From positions 3,714 through 67,713 of the IMG/VR virus record IMGVR_UViG_3300031787_000093: a stretch of DNA of 64,000 nt; one strand, 5' to 3'. Below the pieces are notes generated by a model, which was not told the DNA's origin, did not search any database, and saw only the letters and a list, made by a program, of their open reading frames with translations. This DNA comes from a virus. The position numbers and the translations under genes are program-made. Shown here one piece after another: positions 30,901 through 37,300 of this stretch; the first letter of the stretch is position 1, and each line of letters starts with the position of its first letter.

Positions 30901-31432
30901 CGTATGGGTCTTGAAGCAGTGATTCTAATTCTTCAGGTGTTTTTACTACAGTGCGTCCAACGACAACTTTGCCAGTTTCATCTTTTGCTGCAAGAAATAA
31001 GTTATCTGAGTCAACTCTCTTGCCCATAATTTTGTCTAATTCATCTTTTCTCTGCTCGGCTTTTTTCAAAGACACGTTTGCTTGCTGAATGGCTCTTTCA
31101 GAAGAAACTTTTAATTGCTGTTTTTGAGCTGGAGTCAACTTCTCAACTCCTGCTTTCGCACCTTCTGTAGCTACTTCCGCACTACCAAAAGTAGGTTTAG
31201 GCTTAGGTGCTGGTACCTGCATTGAGGGCGACAATGAGGGTTTAGGCTTAGGTGCTGGAATATTTCCACCAAGAGATTTTGGGGTTGGCTTTGGTGTACT
31301 TTCAACTGGAGTTACTTCATCAGTTGCCTCATCATATGTAAAACCCAATCCGTTTATTTTTGGCTCAGTGGTAGGTACACTGCTATTGCCTATTCTAGGA
31401 GTAGGTTTTGATTTGTTTTGATCTTCAGCCAT
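18950..31432 (-). CDS. 4160-aa large polyvalent / ejection (cargo) protein
   Basis: Zincin motif HELAH at 22841-22855, EIQSD-motif domain at 23729-23743, LPD23-like ELYNLYPDL segment near 26300; lies in the cargo-gene block. Confidence 0.75.
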   Translation of the reverse strand: MAEDQNKSKPTPRIGNSSVPTTEPKINGLGFTYDEATDEVTPVESTPKPTPKSLGGNIPAPKPKPSLSPSMQVPAPKPKPTFGSAEVATEGAKAGVEKLTPAQKQQLKVSSERAIQQANVSLKKAEQRKDELDKIMGKRVDSDNLFLAAKDETGKVVVGRTVVKTPEELESLLQDPYERSVFYNEQRGKLAQYFYIRDAKDFDNVLSGGLSEYEKYQYTKNGKPTIFSPVFNRQTVAANQPGYKPQFDQFAPDPVAEAYAIPQKRYEANQNYTKLQNNKLNVDAYGQPFKTQEDFYDYLIDPVNRDAYSRKYSKALKEIGITSVNDILNSVVLNETTFGAELARQKEYRTMRVAKGESLVENGIIGKSGTVYDENENSTALSNISELDLGRVLYEYDLGNNIGIDIPNAKDRTFNDLNRDGLVDMLTKAGLSEDEIDEVFVKYKMAYERSLGEKEYESRRKSLGYTTDAFGNKLSRFDLNFEARAKGELSAEEQKIAKLYDQIDAIYAIAEKPKTATEKQYYGKFKLTAEQTKQVTDLRAQIEQLKGQAGFFGLNNLSPQEFFDSDGNRLEGEDKDQAQVVYSNTLNAEKKTDRAILKEKRNVLYVQLDGLEKKLKEYKSTRFNKNVVLPEGYDPEELDERYNAARDKEMPYLAKVGSMITSFGGGGDIVFTDQMKANFIYERNLKDKIIEKKAQIRAANQIIYTNTDLTKVDGKGVGSNFVNKFTKDVTESFTGGTYLTPSEEVIAASDFLQQSGQYVNPEVVNSIETIYEDKALGEGILNTMGVVLQMGLMQKPMTGGMTKLFTSQTALTARAYMANRYGRTGIATFNLIEKAATTYGKQALLFEAVGQDGSMGAAEELGNQVYDKVTGTLGLGRFVPANLIGKLMTVFGRTISGAAGSFTEESFANVWAEFKSNGFDIREAVENAYGKTEDERLLNLRMTAFTCIVFSAGNLSNLGILFKTRQAFSDYLQNTYGNDVSEFDSEILTILDSTIKNTRGAKGDTPDEPEFATATATAVENGTNETKSAVEDQMVMSTGPVESDQNTSTNTFTSSGVGNEGVQVERRTGNMGEEFYVSSENGVVDNKVVYRYNMETGQLEAQGLTSTTDEFVPLNDKSRQFVEDQSKKYGIVSKEKVENIAIKNLDSRRASQEKIENGQENQDNTVLYQSKNKTSKRKEKRMSQAEASARARYQPSWNESAQQRVGLFTGIASEVSSEDDAIKEAVSEMSKGFGVKMKINLVSFFKDGAAVITDVARKKFAHVSDYMAPLFRDFDNQFFNTQTDEQTGQTTRQRQQDNTTDKVREAVARNTLFEQVFGKLVAEGKMTKEDAIDNFIINLMQNSTNKVKEIFGNDKAGIESFQKLRKDFNNFVAVKYTGANTFSTTNAFVRNTPMSNTTSKNRAADLKKQAAEVAQLNEKRRKTANVLSNTQKQGAFIEDKQVDAAMFLDGDLNAEDFLQNIGVETKANETQDQVQDKAKKQAEKLIDYAKYTEGKRLVAENDATREKYRKQLNKKFKDDWGLKASFKTRFRWKKMREQRTGSADMALRIFENKATRMGITLQEFMDTRIEMLKRTEQQFQDWLKMSPNLVPLFQNAANLNPEEIYPNVNKAKELKEKNYPLEKITLMTGVVLNEAGVPVAFDPKFVADVQTTNEVYKGIFNSFKKIKAQPKFTFKFFGKRTDTPELTSVIDIRKLFTLAGNKELYNLYPDLGLVSIRTVVDANLPAVSFRPNYMYDSGGDAKKGQKPGEIVINLQKYEAEAVSNLLQNYNKLFTKNILPQLQQALRQAVQHIEGELPESTIDFATPTAVRTKLLELRGKKLIDENTEKLVNDIVDFYIDKNLFQFTSYKSVFTDISRVLFSANTEKGVKKIVELISNTYDLSVSDSQTLESIYNNYMNSYGEGDANKSKSLHNAFLVSKSLAGLNNEELIVADVTELKFIKAKASKPIQKQLETAKTNYELVLEQQKLIFESYADILKQFDLSDDNHAVDVVAGVIESEIMYGSGIGSRSLETALQSFRFVAESITEIKRALNDNEVVPSSLISDLEFEFTSSKFAEAIQFLYSLDSDTKITLDDGSELQVFTSEQEFLDFVQVDQGIMIDDPVAIDSGVSEMIPKFIKAGKLKTNLKTEVTELENITDAEARESFYDMFPGIQNYMGGIYDPYKSPSDFTKSELQKELVDSGLIKQETFDKIYADYEANPEKFTGSVASNFIEPTAPLTVEEQQQLSEFLKIQELVEDSFSTSFYSGAAYATSKVLAQSKGKITVESLKSLLIKNGAKEVELNWLGFDDFISQYDTTVPASDLKTWSENIPQLFSYDRDSLNQSRTVDEVVYLGNDNFIERPDSIGDFVRTTAKKLDTTFTGKKVSFVIKRSDGTSRFVDLTQIADETLDLYESYIGKEKYPQFKETFEKLKKYQGVQITAENIEEIKTLLKLHFEASDEIIRQERVEGFEQFKSTIGQPLGQSYKEHLLGFPFSSNRLLQSYDEKILEKLEQLTKEKDFAGNYGTLDKLQNEITQLVKERNDLAKNYFDESHFSAIPNEVAMHMRTEIVVNENGERMLHVIEIQSDKAQNFRTLTLAEIKKQYPVESEFEQRIIQVQSTKENKNITREELKEKLKQLEDQDPTANDFNLSFNNYFLKQEAIKDAKNTFKKTSPIIETEQFVSIGIKHALKIASDYGVKKIVFSNGASIGAAVAGNQTGDKTSGLNKLYNETIPNKAKKLAKAYGFTTGTTKLNLTSFGRVDEVAKPDEFEFTLDPTEYPSYVDTLGNSVVNTGKLLTRLDVDEEFLNYVALETTGESFVPGNEFFTLELTDETFEAVAGGMALFQQDMHGAHGATVKTDQGKFIIFALTNPNITTAMHELAHVWEDSLTATEKKAFLKEVGHDKWTRATSEAFARHFEKYLADGKAPTSSLANLFANFKKWFLQVYGGIIGTPIEMKVSEPMRKLYDSMLGETQVKGVQMKKTPNVIEDIGNFIKDIKANPQFEEITDDELYTSLIRSGFEPQDVQDYFSLKQRANIEKQQQRGGIFKEEADAMENEAEAMRVVRDKKELLDAIDNIDPNDYPPILEALFTTVDNGDVPLAKAIMDLIAAKQNGGDPKMIHEQYSKILKAGTGIGRMLQLFKQLSKETYLSGAEAMFRRNEKQGLNIPQGAKTKIRDLANELDKLKDLYKESRNLAETDPYGTSKIDPSKTNLQYHLDLYEQLQGAQKRYIDARAPYEGDNSLTDMYRSFIKGGLMTPGSMSVNALSNITKYLTDLFVSPVRSGISLISNKLGITDSQYTKTGWRDFGAGNRYGIPMGLKKAAKILRDGTVTQAYQTPDAYVQGFNFYKSLQKFVGLKIDQYRIKAGMLDMTTEELAEKHGFAITNEGKISSKQQAIALLQGTFGFVPDVVFRVMGATDAVFRDFAYFSSVSEQFKFTAEHERYKKAIDAAKSSDERNRLKKEYEAIRKAYIIVNSDYKNSAAQEEAMRYVYNNDNAVSDVIARVQNITRETDDGFSIPAKISRIAGTSIIPFSRIPSNYAVELLEFFIPEYALVKIGIIGGARAVRRSQRAAKGELSAADSFNQRRADARDADRILARALIGTGIQFIALQAVKAGCVSGAPDDEGEDKKQSQSFSYSLERPYSINLTLLKDRFMSMVDSEYKSKRPNNLWNKEKDLIISYKSLGLFGAALYFQFKENKLALDKQNKFVNRGALEEAADEFGLNLFGNMNSAGKYIIDQTFVRGILSVAKAVTDEDENRLPTFFAEIVGTMASGLVPNSLSWIDKWRRDYVVDYDFRESPPIKMFGIKVEDPQATLFWMKLGTKLAERWPWKSIPGHYVDLPFVEIEMDKFPVKVDNFGKDVAITPVGSSNFGKWMYNTFDVLQVSRIVAGYNIPDWEALVYLAVKKGDAWDALPAAIPRNIETPFGAYKFAPEEYNNLLRYNAMLRRQLVQEYLIDTGEYKKYIEINSEMNYDPATKKPIAGLKNPNLLLGYEQLGKILKDIYHVADAMTNIANYTFMDFERRKLYNEDREKYIELIAREALSPMGQFQKEVYGNQEHGGNNLVQTEKQTNPLLNINYEMIKDPQRFKKYSKGAIKLFLQFQGDPQTAIQTAKNQQVETLKDDSTIMLGPDLDIVPLDQEKKSTPVAEAIKKQQQKAKPKNSTIDLGDGLILVPLE

Positions 31433-31476
31433 AATACAAATATAATGACTGAAGATAAAACTATTTCATAAGTATT

Positions 31477-33102
31477 TTACTTTTTAGGAGCTGGTTTAGC
31501 AGCAGGTTTAGCAGCAGGTTTAGCAGCAGGTTTAGCAGCAGGAGCAGTTTTGCCTGTTACATCATTTTGGTCTTGTACAGCCTGCATGAAAGTAAAATAT
31601 GCTTCATCCCAATTTGCTTGAGTTTGTTTATCCCAGTTTGATCTACTTGTAATAGCAGATAGCAATCTTGAACCCCTTACAGTTTTCTTTTGGCGAGCGT
31701 CTTTTGGTACTACCCATCTTCCATTTGCGTCAGGTTCAAACAAAGGAATTAAGTAGCCTGTCTTACCAAATTCAGGAATGGATGGACTAGAAAAACTTTG
31801 CGTATTACCGATTGCGAATGGTAACATCATAATTTTTTCACCCCTAGCTTTAAGGGCTGCTACCTGTGCTTCCGTAACTGGCTTAGCATACGGTAAGTTT
31901 GTAGCTTCATCCATTACTATAACTGTAGGAAAAACTGCAATTGTACTAACATAGAAATCTTTTTGAGTTGTAGTTTCAAACTGAGGTTTTCCTGTATTCA
32001 TGTTAACCATAAACCTATTGGTAGGAACTGAAACTACTGCCCCACCGGGTTCTTTGGATACAACTACTGAAGTATCACTTCTCAATCCATTATTAAATCC
32101 AGCATAGTTAGTAGTAAGAGGGCTAATTGAAAAACTAGTAGGAGCTACCTCATCCCCAAAATTTGAAGAAACACTAATGCGTGTAAATACCCTATCGCTG
32201 TTTTCATACTTAGCTGGAATGTTAGGGAGAACATTATCTTTATAAAATCTTTTATAAAGTTCATCAAAATTTACTTGATCTTTATCTAATGCATTTTGGT
32301 CTCCTTGCTGAGCAAGCAAAGCTCTGTATTGTAATTGTGCGGTAGGGTTTTGTGAAAACCAAGTTTTACCTAAATCAAACGCATTATCTTCAACTTTGAT
32401 ATTTGGGTTTGTGGTACGTAAAAATTCAGCTTCAGCTTTATCTTTTGGGATACTGAAATAACGTGATATATTATTTGTTTTATCAGTTGTCTTGGTTTTT
32501 TCATTTATTAATACGCCATGCTCACTAAGCTTTAGTCGTCGACTCATTTCTTTCGCAAAGTCAAACTCATTATGAAATAAAACTGTAGGCAATGCTGCTG
32601 GATTATTTGGATCTATAGAAACATAACCATCTTTGAATATGCTAGGATCTTCAGCTAATTTTTGTCTTATTTCATCTTTGCTTTTAGCATTTTTTATAAT
32701 ATTATAAGTTTTTGTAATACTGGGAGTTATAAAATAATCATTCACTCTTGTTTCAGCATCTTCATAGTTTTTCTGAATATCAAAAAGTGCATTTGAACTA
32801 TTTCTACGAAACGATCTATTTTTACCCAACTTTATTTCTGCATTATAAGCCTCACTTATAACATTTGGATTTTTACTATTTTCGTTGGTCAATAATGTTT
32901 GTATTGTCTCTGCAGTTTCTTGAGCTTCTTCTTCAAGAAAAGCGTTGTGAAATTTATTCTGGTCAGTAGTTATTCTACTGCGTATAGCAGCAAGCTCTTT
33001 AGACTTTCTATCTAACCCTGCTTCATCTACAGTGTTAACTTTCAACTTTGGAAATTTTCCAGTTGCTCCTATAGCTGCTCCTAATGAAAATGCTGATGAC
33101 AT
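31477..33102 (-). CDS. putative ejection/cargo protein
   Basis: Between the pilot-like pair and the giant protein; C-terminal PAAK x4. Confidence 0.6.
   Translation of the reverse strand: MSSAFSLGAAIGATGKFPKLKVNTVDEAGLDRKSKELAAIRSRITTDQNKFHNAFLEEEAQETAETIQTLLTNENSKNPNVISEAYNAEIKLGKNRSFRRNSSNALFDIQKNYEDAETRVNDYFITPSITKTYNIIKNAKSKDEIRQKLAEDPSIFKDGYVSIDPNNPAALPTVLFHNEFDFAKEMSRRLKLSEHGVLINEKTKTTDKTNNISRYFSIPKDKAEAEFLRTTNPNIKVEDNAFDLGKTWFSQNPTAQLQYRALLAQQGDQNALDKDQVNFDELYKRFYKDNVLPNIPAKYENSDRVFTRISVSSNFGDEVAPTSFSISPLTTNYAGFNNGLRSDTSVVVSKEPGGAVVSVPTNRFMVNMNTGKPQFETTTQKDFYVSTIAVFPTVIVMDEATNLPYAKPVTEAQVAALKARGEKIMMLPFAIGNTQSFSSPSIPEFGKTGYLIPLFEPDANGRWVVPKDARQKKTVRGSRLLSAITSRSNWDKQTQANWDEAYFTFMQAVQDQNDVTGKTAPAAKPAAKPAAKPAAKPAPKK
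31493..31540. repeat. 12-bp tandem repeat x4 (GGTTTAGCAGCA), encoding PAAK
   Basis: Four exact copies. Confidence 0.9.
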
Positions 33103-33104
33103 AA

Positions 33105-33743
33105 TTATGCTTCTTTTGAAGATGAAGAATCTTTTGTTTGCATGTTTGCAAGAGACTCCGCAATGTTTGTACTACCACGAGCGATGGCTGCACCGGCAGC
33201 TTGCTCTGCGTCTATTCTATAATCTCTGGCAGCTTTGATATCTTTCTGAAGAATCAAACTCATTGCTGCATTCATACGTTCTTTTCCACTCATTCCAGCT
33301 TGCCTTGCAGCAAAATCAGCTTGAGCTACTTGCATTGTTCCACCTGTTCTATTTAACGCTGCTGTACGACCAAATGCTGCAGAAGCTTGAGGTGAACCTT
33401 GAGCTATTGCATTTAGCTGCTGAGCCATTCGTATATCGTTTTGGGTTTGCATTATGCCTCGTTGTTCGCTTCCGACCCCCATGCGTATGTTGCGATCATA
33501 TAATGTAGCCATTTCTGCATACGGACCTTTGGTTGCTAAATATCCCGGAAAAGGCAAACGATTAGCTCTTCTCAACTGAGACATTCCAACTGCCATCTGC
33601 AATACACCCATTCCTGCAGAACCATAGCCTGCAACATAGTTTACATCAGAACTGCTACTAGAACCACTGCTAGAACTACTAGTAGATGTTCCACTAGGAA
33701 AACCCGGACTACCTTGAGGTTTTGCTGCTTCTTCGACTGCCAT
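33105..33743 (-). CDS. putative DNA pilot/ejection protein, paralog B
   Basis: Ala/Gly/Gln-rich with a hydrophobic N-terminal helix; similar to 33746-34378. Confidence 0.6.
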   Translation of the reverse strand: MAVEEAAKPQGSPGFPSGTSTSSSSSGSSSSSDVNYVAGYGSAGMGVLQMAVGMSQLRRANRLPFPGYLATKGPYAEMATLYDRNIRMGVGSEQRGIMQTQNDIRMAQQLNAIAQGSPQASAAFGRTAALNRTGGTMQVAQADFAARQAGMSGKERMNAAMSLILQKDIKAARDYRIDAEQAAGAAIARGSTNIAESLANMQTKDSSSSKEA

Positions 33744-33745
33744 TT

Positions 33746-34378
33746 TTATTGTGATAAATATTCAATTCCTTGTACTAAATTCTCAGAGCCTCTGGCAATT
33801 GCCTGACCAGCTGCTTGTTGAGCCATCATTTTATATGCTCTCTGAGCACCTACTTGGCGTTGCTGAATCTCGCTGATTTCACCAGCACTTCGAGCCATAC
33901 CTGACAACGCATTTTGTTTTACTGATTCGTTCATTCTACCTAAACTTGCTTCTGTAGAAAGTCTATCTAAAGCTCCCATACGAGAAGCTGCCTGTCCTGC
34001 AAACTGCGGAGTTGTTTCTGATAAATTTCTAAGAGTCTTTGCTGTTTGAGAAGCTGTTTCTTTTCTGATACCCCCAAGCTCATCTTCACCCAAACCTTGT
34101 TGATATTGCTTACGATACATTTCCATGTTTTCGTTAGCGTACTGCATGCCAGAAGTATAATCAGGAAAAGGAAGTTTTTTTGCTTTTCGTAACTGATTTA
34201 ACCCGACTATCATTTGAATTGCACCTCCAATTACACCAGCGGATCGACCGACCATTTTTAAGGTGTCTAATGAATTTCCGCCACCGCCACTACCACCACT
34301 ACCACCACTACCACCACTACTTCCTCCCGAAGATCCTGCAACTTGTGCGAGTAACTGCATTTCAGCTCCTGTCAACAT
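33746..34378 (-). CDS. putative DNA pilot/ejection protein, paralog A
   Basis: GAIQMIVGLNQLRKAKKLPFPDY and AAGQAIARGSEN have matching blocks in the neighbouring gene. Confidence 0.6.
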   Translation of the reverse strand: MLTGAEMQLLAQVAGSSGGSSGGSGGSGGSGGGGNSLDTLKMVGRSAGVIGGAIQMIVGLNQLRKAKKLPFPDYTSGMQYANENMEMYRKQYQQGLGEDELGGIRKETASQTAKTLRNLSETTPQFAGQAASRMGALDRLSTEASLGRMNESVKQNALSGMARSAGEISEIQQRQVGAQRAYKMMAQQAAGQAIARGSENLVQGIEYLSQ

Positions 34379-34397
34379 AATACAAATTTAGTTTTTT

Positions 34398-37300
34398 TTA
34401 CCTATTATACAACCTAGGATTTGCCCTGTACTTAACCACGTAATTTATTAACTTTTGAAATAAATTAGGTGCGAAACGCATCTTAACTTTTAGATACCTG
34501 CCCCATAGTCTTGAGGTATCTCCAGAGTTTACTCCTGTGCCAGTGGAATCATTTTTAACAGGAGCATAATAGAAGTCTTCTAACTCTTCAAACTCAGCAC
34601 TGGTTAAAAATGAAATGTGATCACGTGTAGCAAAATCAAGTCTATCAGGAGTTGTATCACTTACCACCTGAACTGCTTCAAATGTTTTGCTCAAGTTAGG
34701 ATCAATATTAACTACGCCTTCAATGTGACCATTGTACTGAGTATCGTAGAAAGTATTATAGTTTCCTGTATTATGAACATATATTTTATTCTGCTCATTT
34801 GGCTTTGTGGTATATACAGTGTTGCCACGTGTAGCCATAATGTTTGGCCACATACTATGGAAACAAATAAACCCATTCTTTACTTCGTCATAAACAAGAG
34901 TAAATATCTTATAGTACTGTGGGTGAGTGTCTGGAGTCAACTTATCCCAGTTATTTGACCAACTAGGTCCAAAATAAGGAACCGTGTTAGCAGTATCAGT
35001 TGCAGTATTTTTCTTACGGTAAATAAAAGGTACACCTGATATATGTCTATCAGCTGTATCATCTTCAAGGTAGTAATTAAAGTTAGTTACATCTCCTTGA
35101 TGACTAACTACTACCAGTGTATTCTGAGGATATTGTACATAGGTACTATAAGTGGTATCTGTAAATTTCTGAAACTCTTGAATAGTTGGATCTACAGCTT
35201 TGAACGTAAACATAGCCTCGTAGAATCTTTGATTATAACCAGCTGTAACACCTTGTCCAGAAATAACTCTCAACGCATCTGTATGCCAAGCTGTGTTATT
35301 TATCAAGAATGACATCAACCCTTTATCTGAAAGAACTCTCGTTCCATCTCCGCCAAATCGAACTATCTTTTTAGTTTCTGAGTTGTACCAGTATAAATTC
35401 TCATCACCGCTGAAAGTCTTACCTTTTGTAACAGCAGTTTTATTTGTGGCTCCGAAGCTACTTAACTGCTGTCCTTTGTTTGTCAGAACTCCACCGGAAC
35501 CAAGAACAATCTCTGTTCCTTGGTCAGTCATCAACATCTGAGAATCGCCAACATAGTGGCGAGTGAATGAATTAGGTTGTAAACTATATAAGTTACCGTT
35601 AACAGATTCTAGTTCAACAATTTCTCCTTGGTTCATGTCTAAGTCAACTACATCAATCGGTTTGAAAACTCTGTAGTTATCTTTTTCTGAACCTGTACTT
35701 TTAACTTGAGACCAACGAATTGAAGCTGGTCGTTTACCATCCCAAGTAGAATCGGGATCATATCCATTTTCAGTAAACACGTTGTCTATTATGTTATACT
35801 GAGAGTCGTAGTTATTTTGATTGTCTACCTCTGGCCATTGTTCTAGCCAATACAACAATCCTGTTCCCCATGTACCCTGTTCAAGTTGTACATAAGTTAC
35901 AACGATAGAACCTAAAGTAGTTACACCTGAGAACGTCGGAGACCAATCTCTGATGTAAGCATTACCTGCTCGCTTGTACCCACTTTCAGCCAAACCTGTA
36001 ACAGTAGTTTCCATGTACTGCGGATAAATATATCCCGGACCAGCGTGTTCCAAGTTGTGTTCCAATGTGTAGAACATTTGTGTATTGGATCTGTTCTGAG
36101 AGTAGAATGAATATCCTAAACCAAACCCATAATGCAATTCGTTGTATGTACTCATCCGTGTCTTCAAGTGACTCTTTTGAGTGAAGACATCTCCTCCATA
36201 TACAGCTATGTTATTCTGAACCCCACGCTCGTTTCCAGTCAAAATAACTATATGATTTGTGGTTTCATAAACGGTTTGCTTTTTATCACTAGGATACTTT
36301 GCAGTGTTTCCTCTGTCTCTAAATATCTGACAATAAACTAAACCTTCTTTATCGTAGGTACCTGACCCTGTTGCAAACAAACCTGTTTCTCCCGGAAAAG
36401 CAGAACGTATGTTAGTTGCTAACTTGAAAACTGTACATGCTTTTTGGTTACTGTAGAAAGGGTTTACGTTAGCGTAACTACGTCCTTCTGGTGGAACACT
36501 TATTCCATTTTTAACTTTATCAAAGACATCCCAAGCTCTGTTTTCACCAGTTCTAAAGTTTCTAGCATCTGTAATATTTACAGCAGTGTATGCACGCAAG
36601 GTGTTATCAAAATAACCAGTATATTCCTGATAAACTGATTCATAGTCTCCTGTACTAAAGCCCTGTAAAGTATATTCATCATAAGGTACAGGAACACTCA
36701 GAACCATTAGCTTGTCACCTGCAGCAAACGTATACTCACCCTGATTAAAATAAAAATCAGGAGAATGAAAGTAACCATAGCTTGCTGCATCGGTAGCCCC
36801 AAGCTGAATGTCATTCTGGTAAGGGTTTACTCTGAAGTTTGTACTGTGATCTCTTCGGCAATAATTCGCAGGATAAGTAGAAAACGTAAACGCAGGTGTT
36901 CTTACAACATCTTTGTGGTAGGGTATCAAGTGCCTTGCTCCGATACTATTGTGATCTTCTACACCGCCAATTAAAATACCAGTAGCCAAAACCTCGGGAA
37001 TCCTATCTGCTCTAACAATACGGTAACCTTTAATCAGTCGATACAACGGTTGCCCATTGATCTGATAGTTCAAGTCTATATTTCCAAAACTAGGGTATAC
37101 GATATAAGTTAAAGTAGAATCTAAGTTTGTAAAATTTGTTGTAGTTATATTGTTTGCACTTCTTCTGTTTGGAGTAGTGCAATTGGTAGCAGTTGTGTCA
37201 AAACGAATATCGTCTATCCAATACGGTGAAGACCACTTGCCTGTTTCCTTCCATTGAACCTGAATACCAAAACGATATGTGTCGTTCATCATGTATCCAG

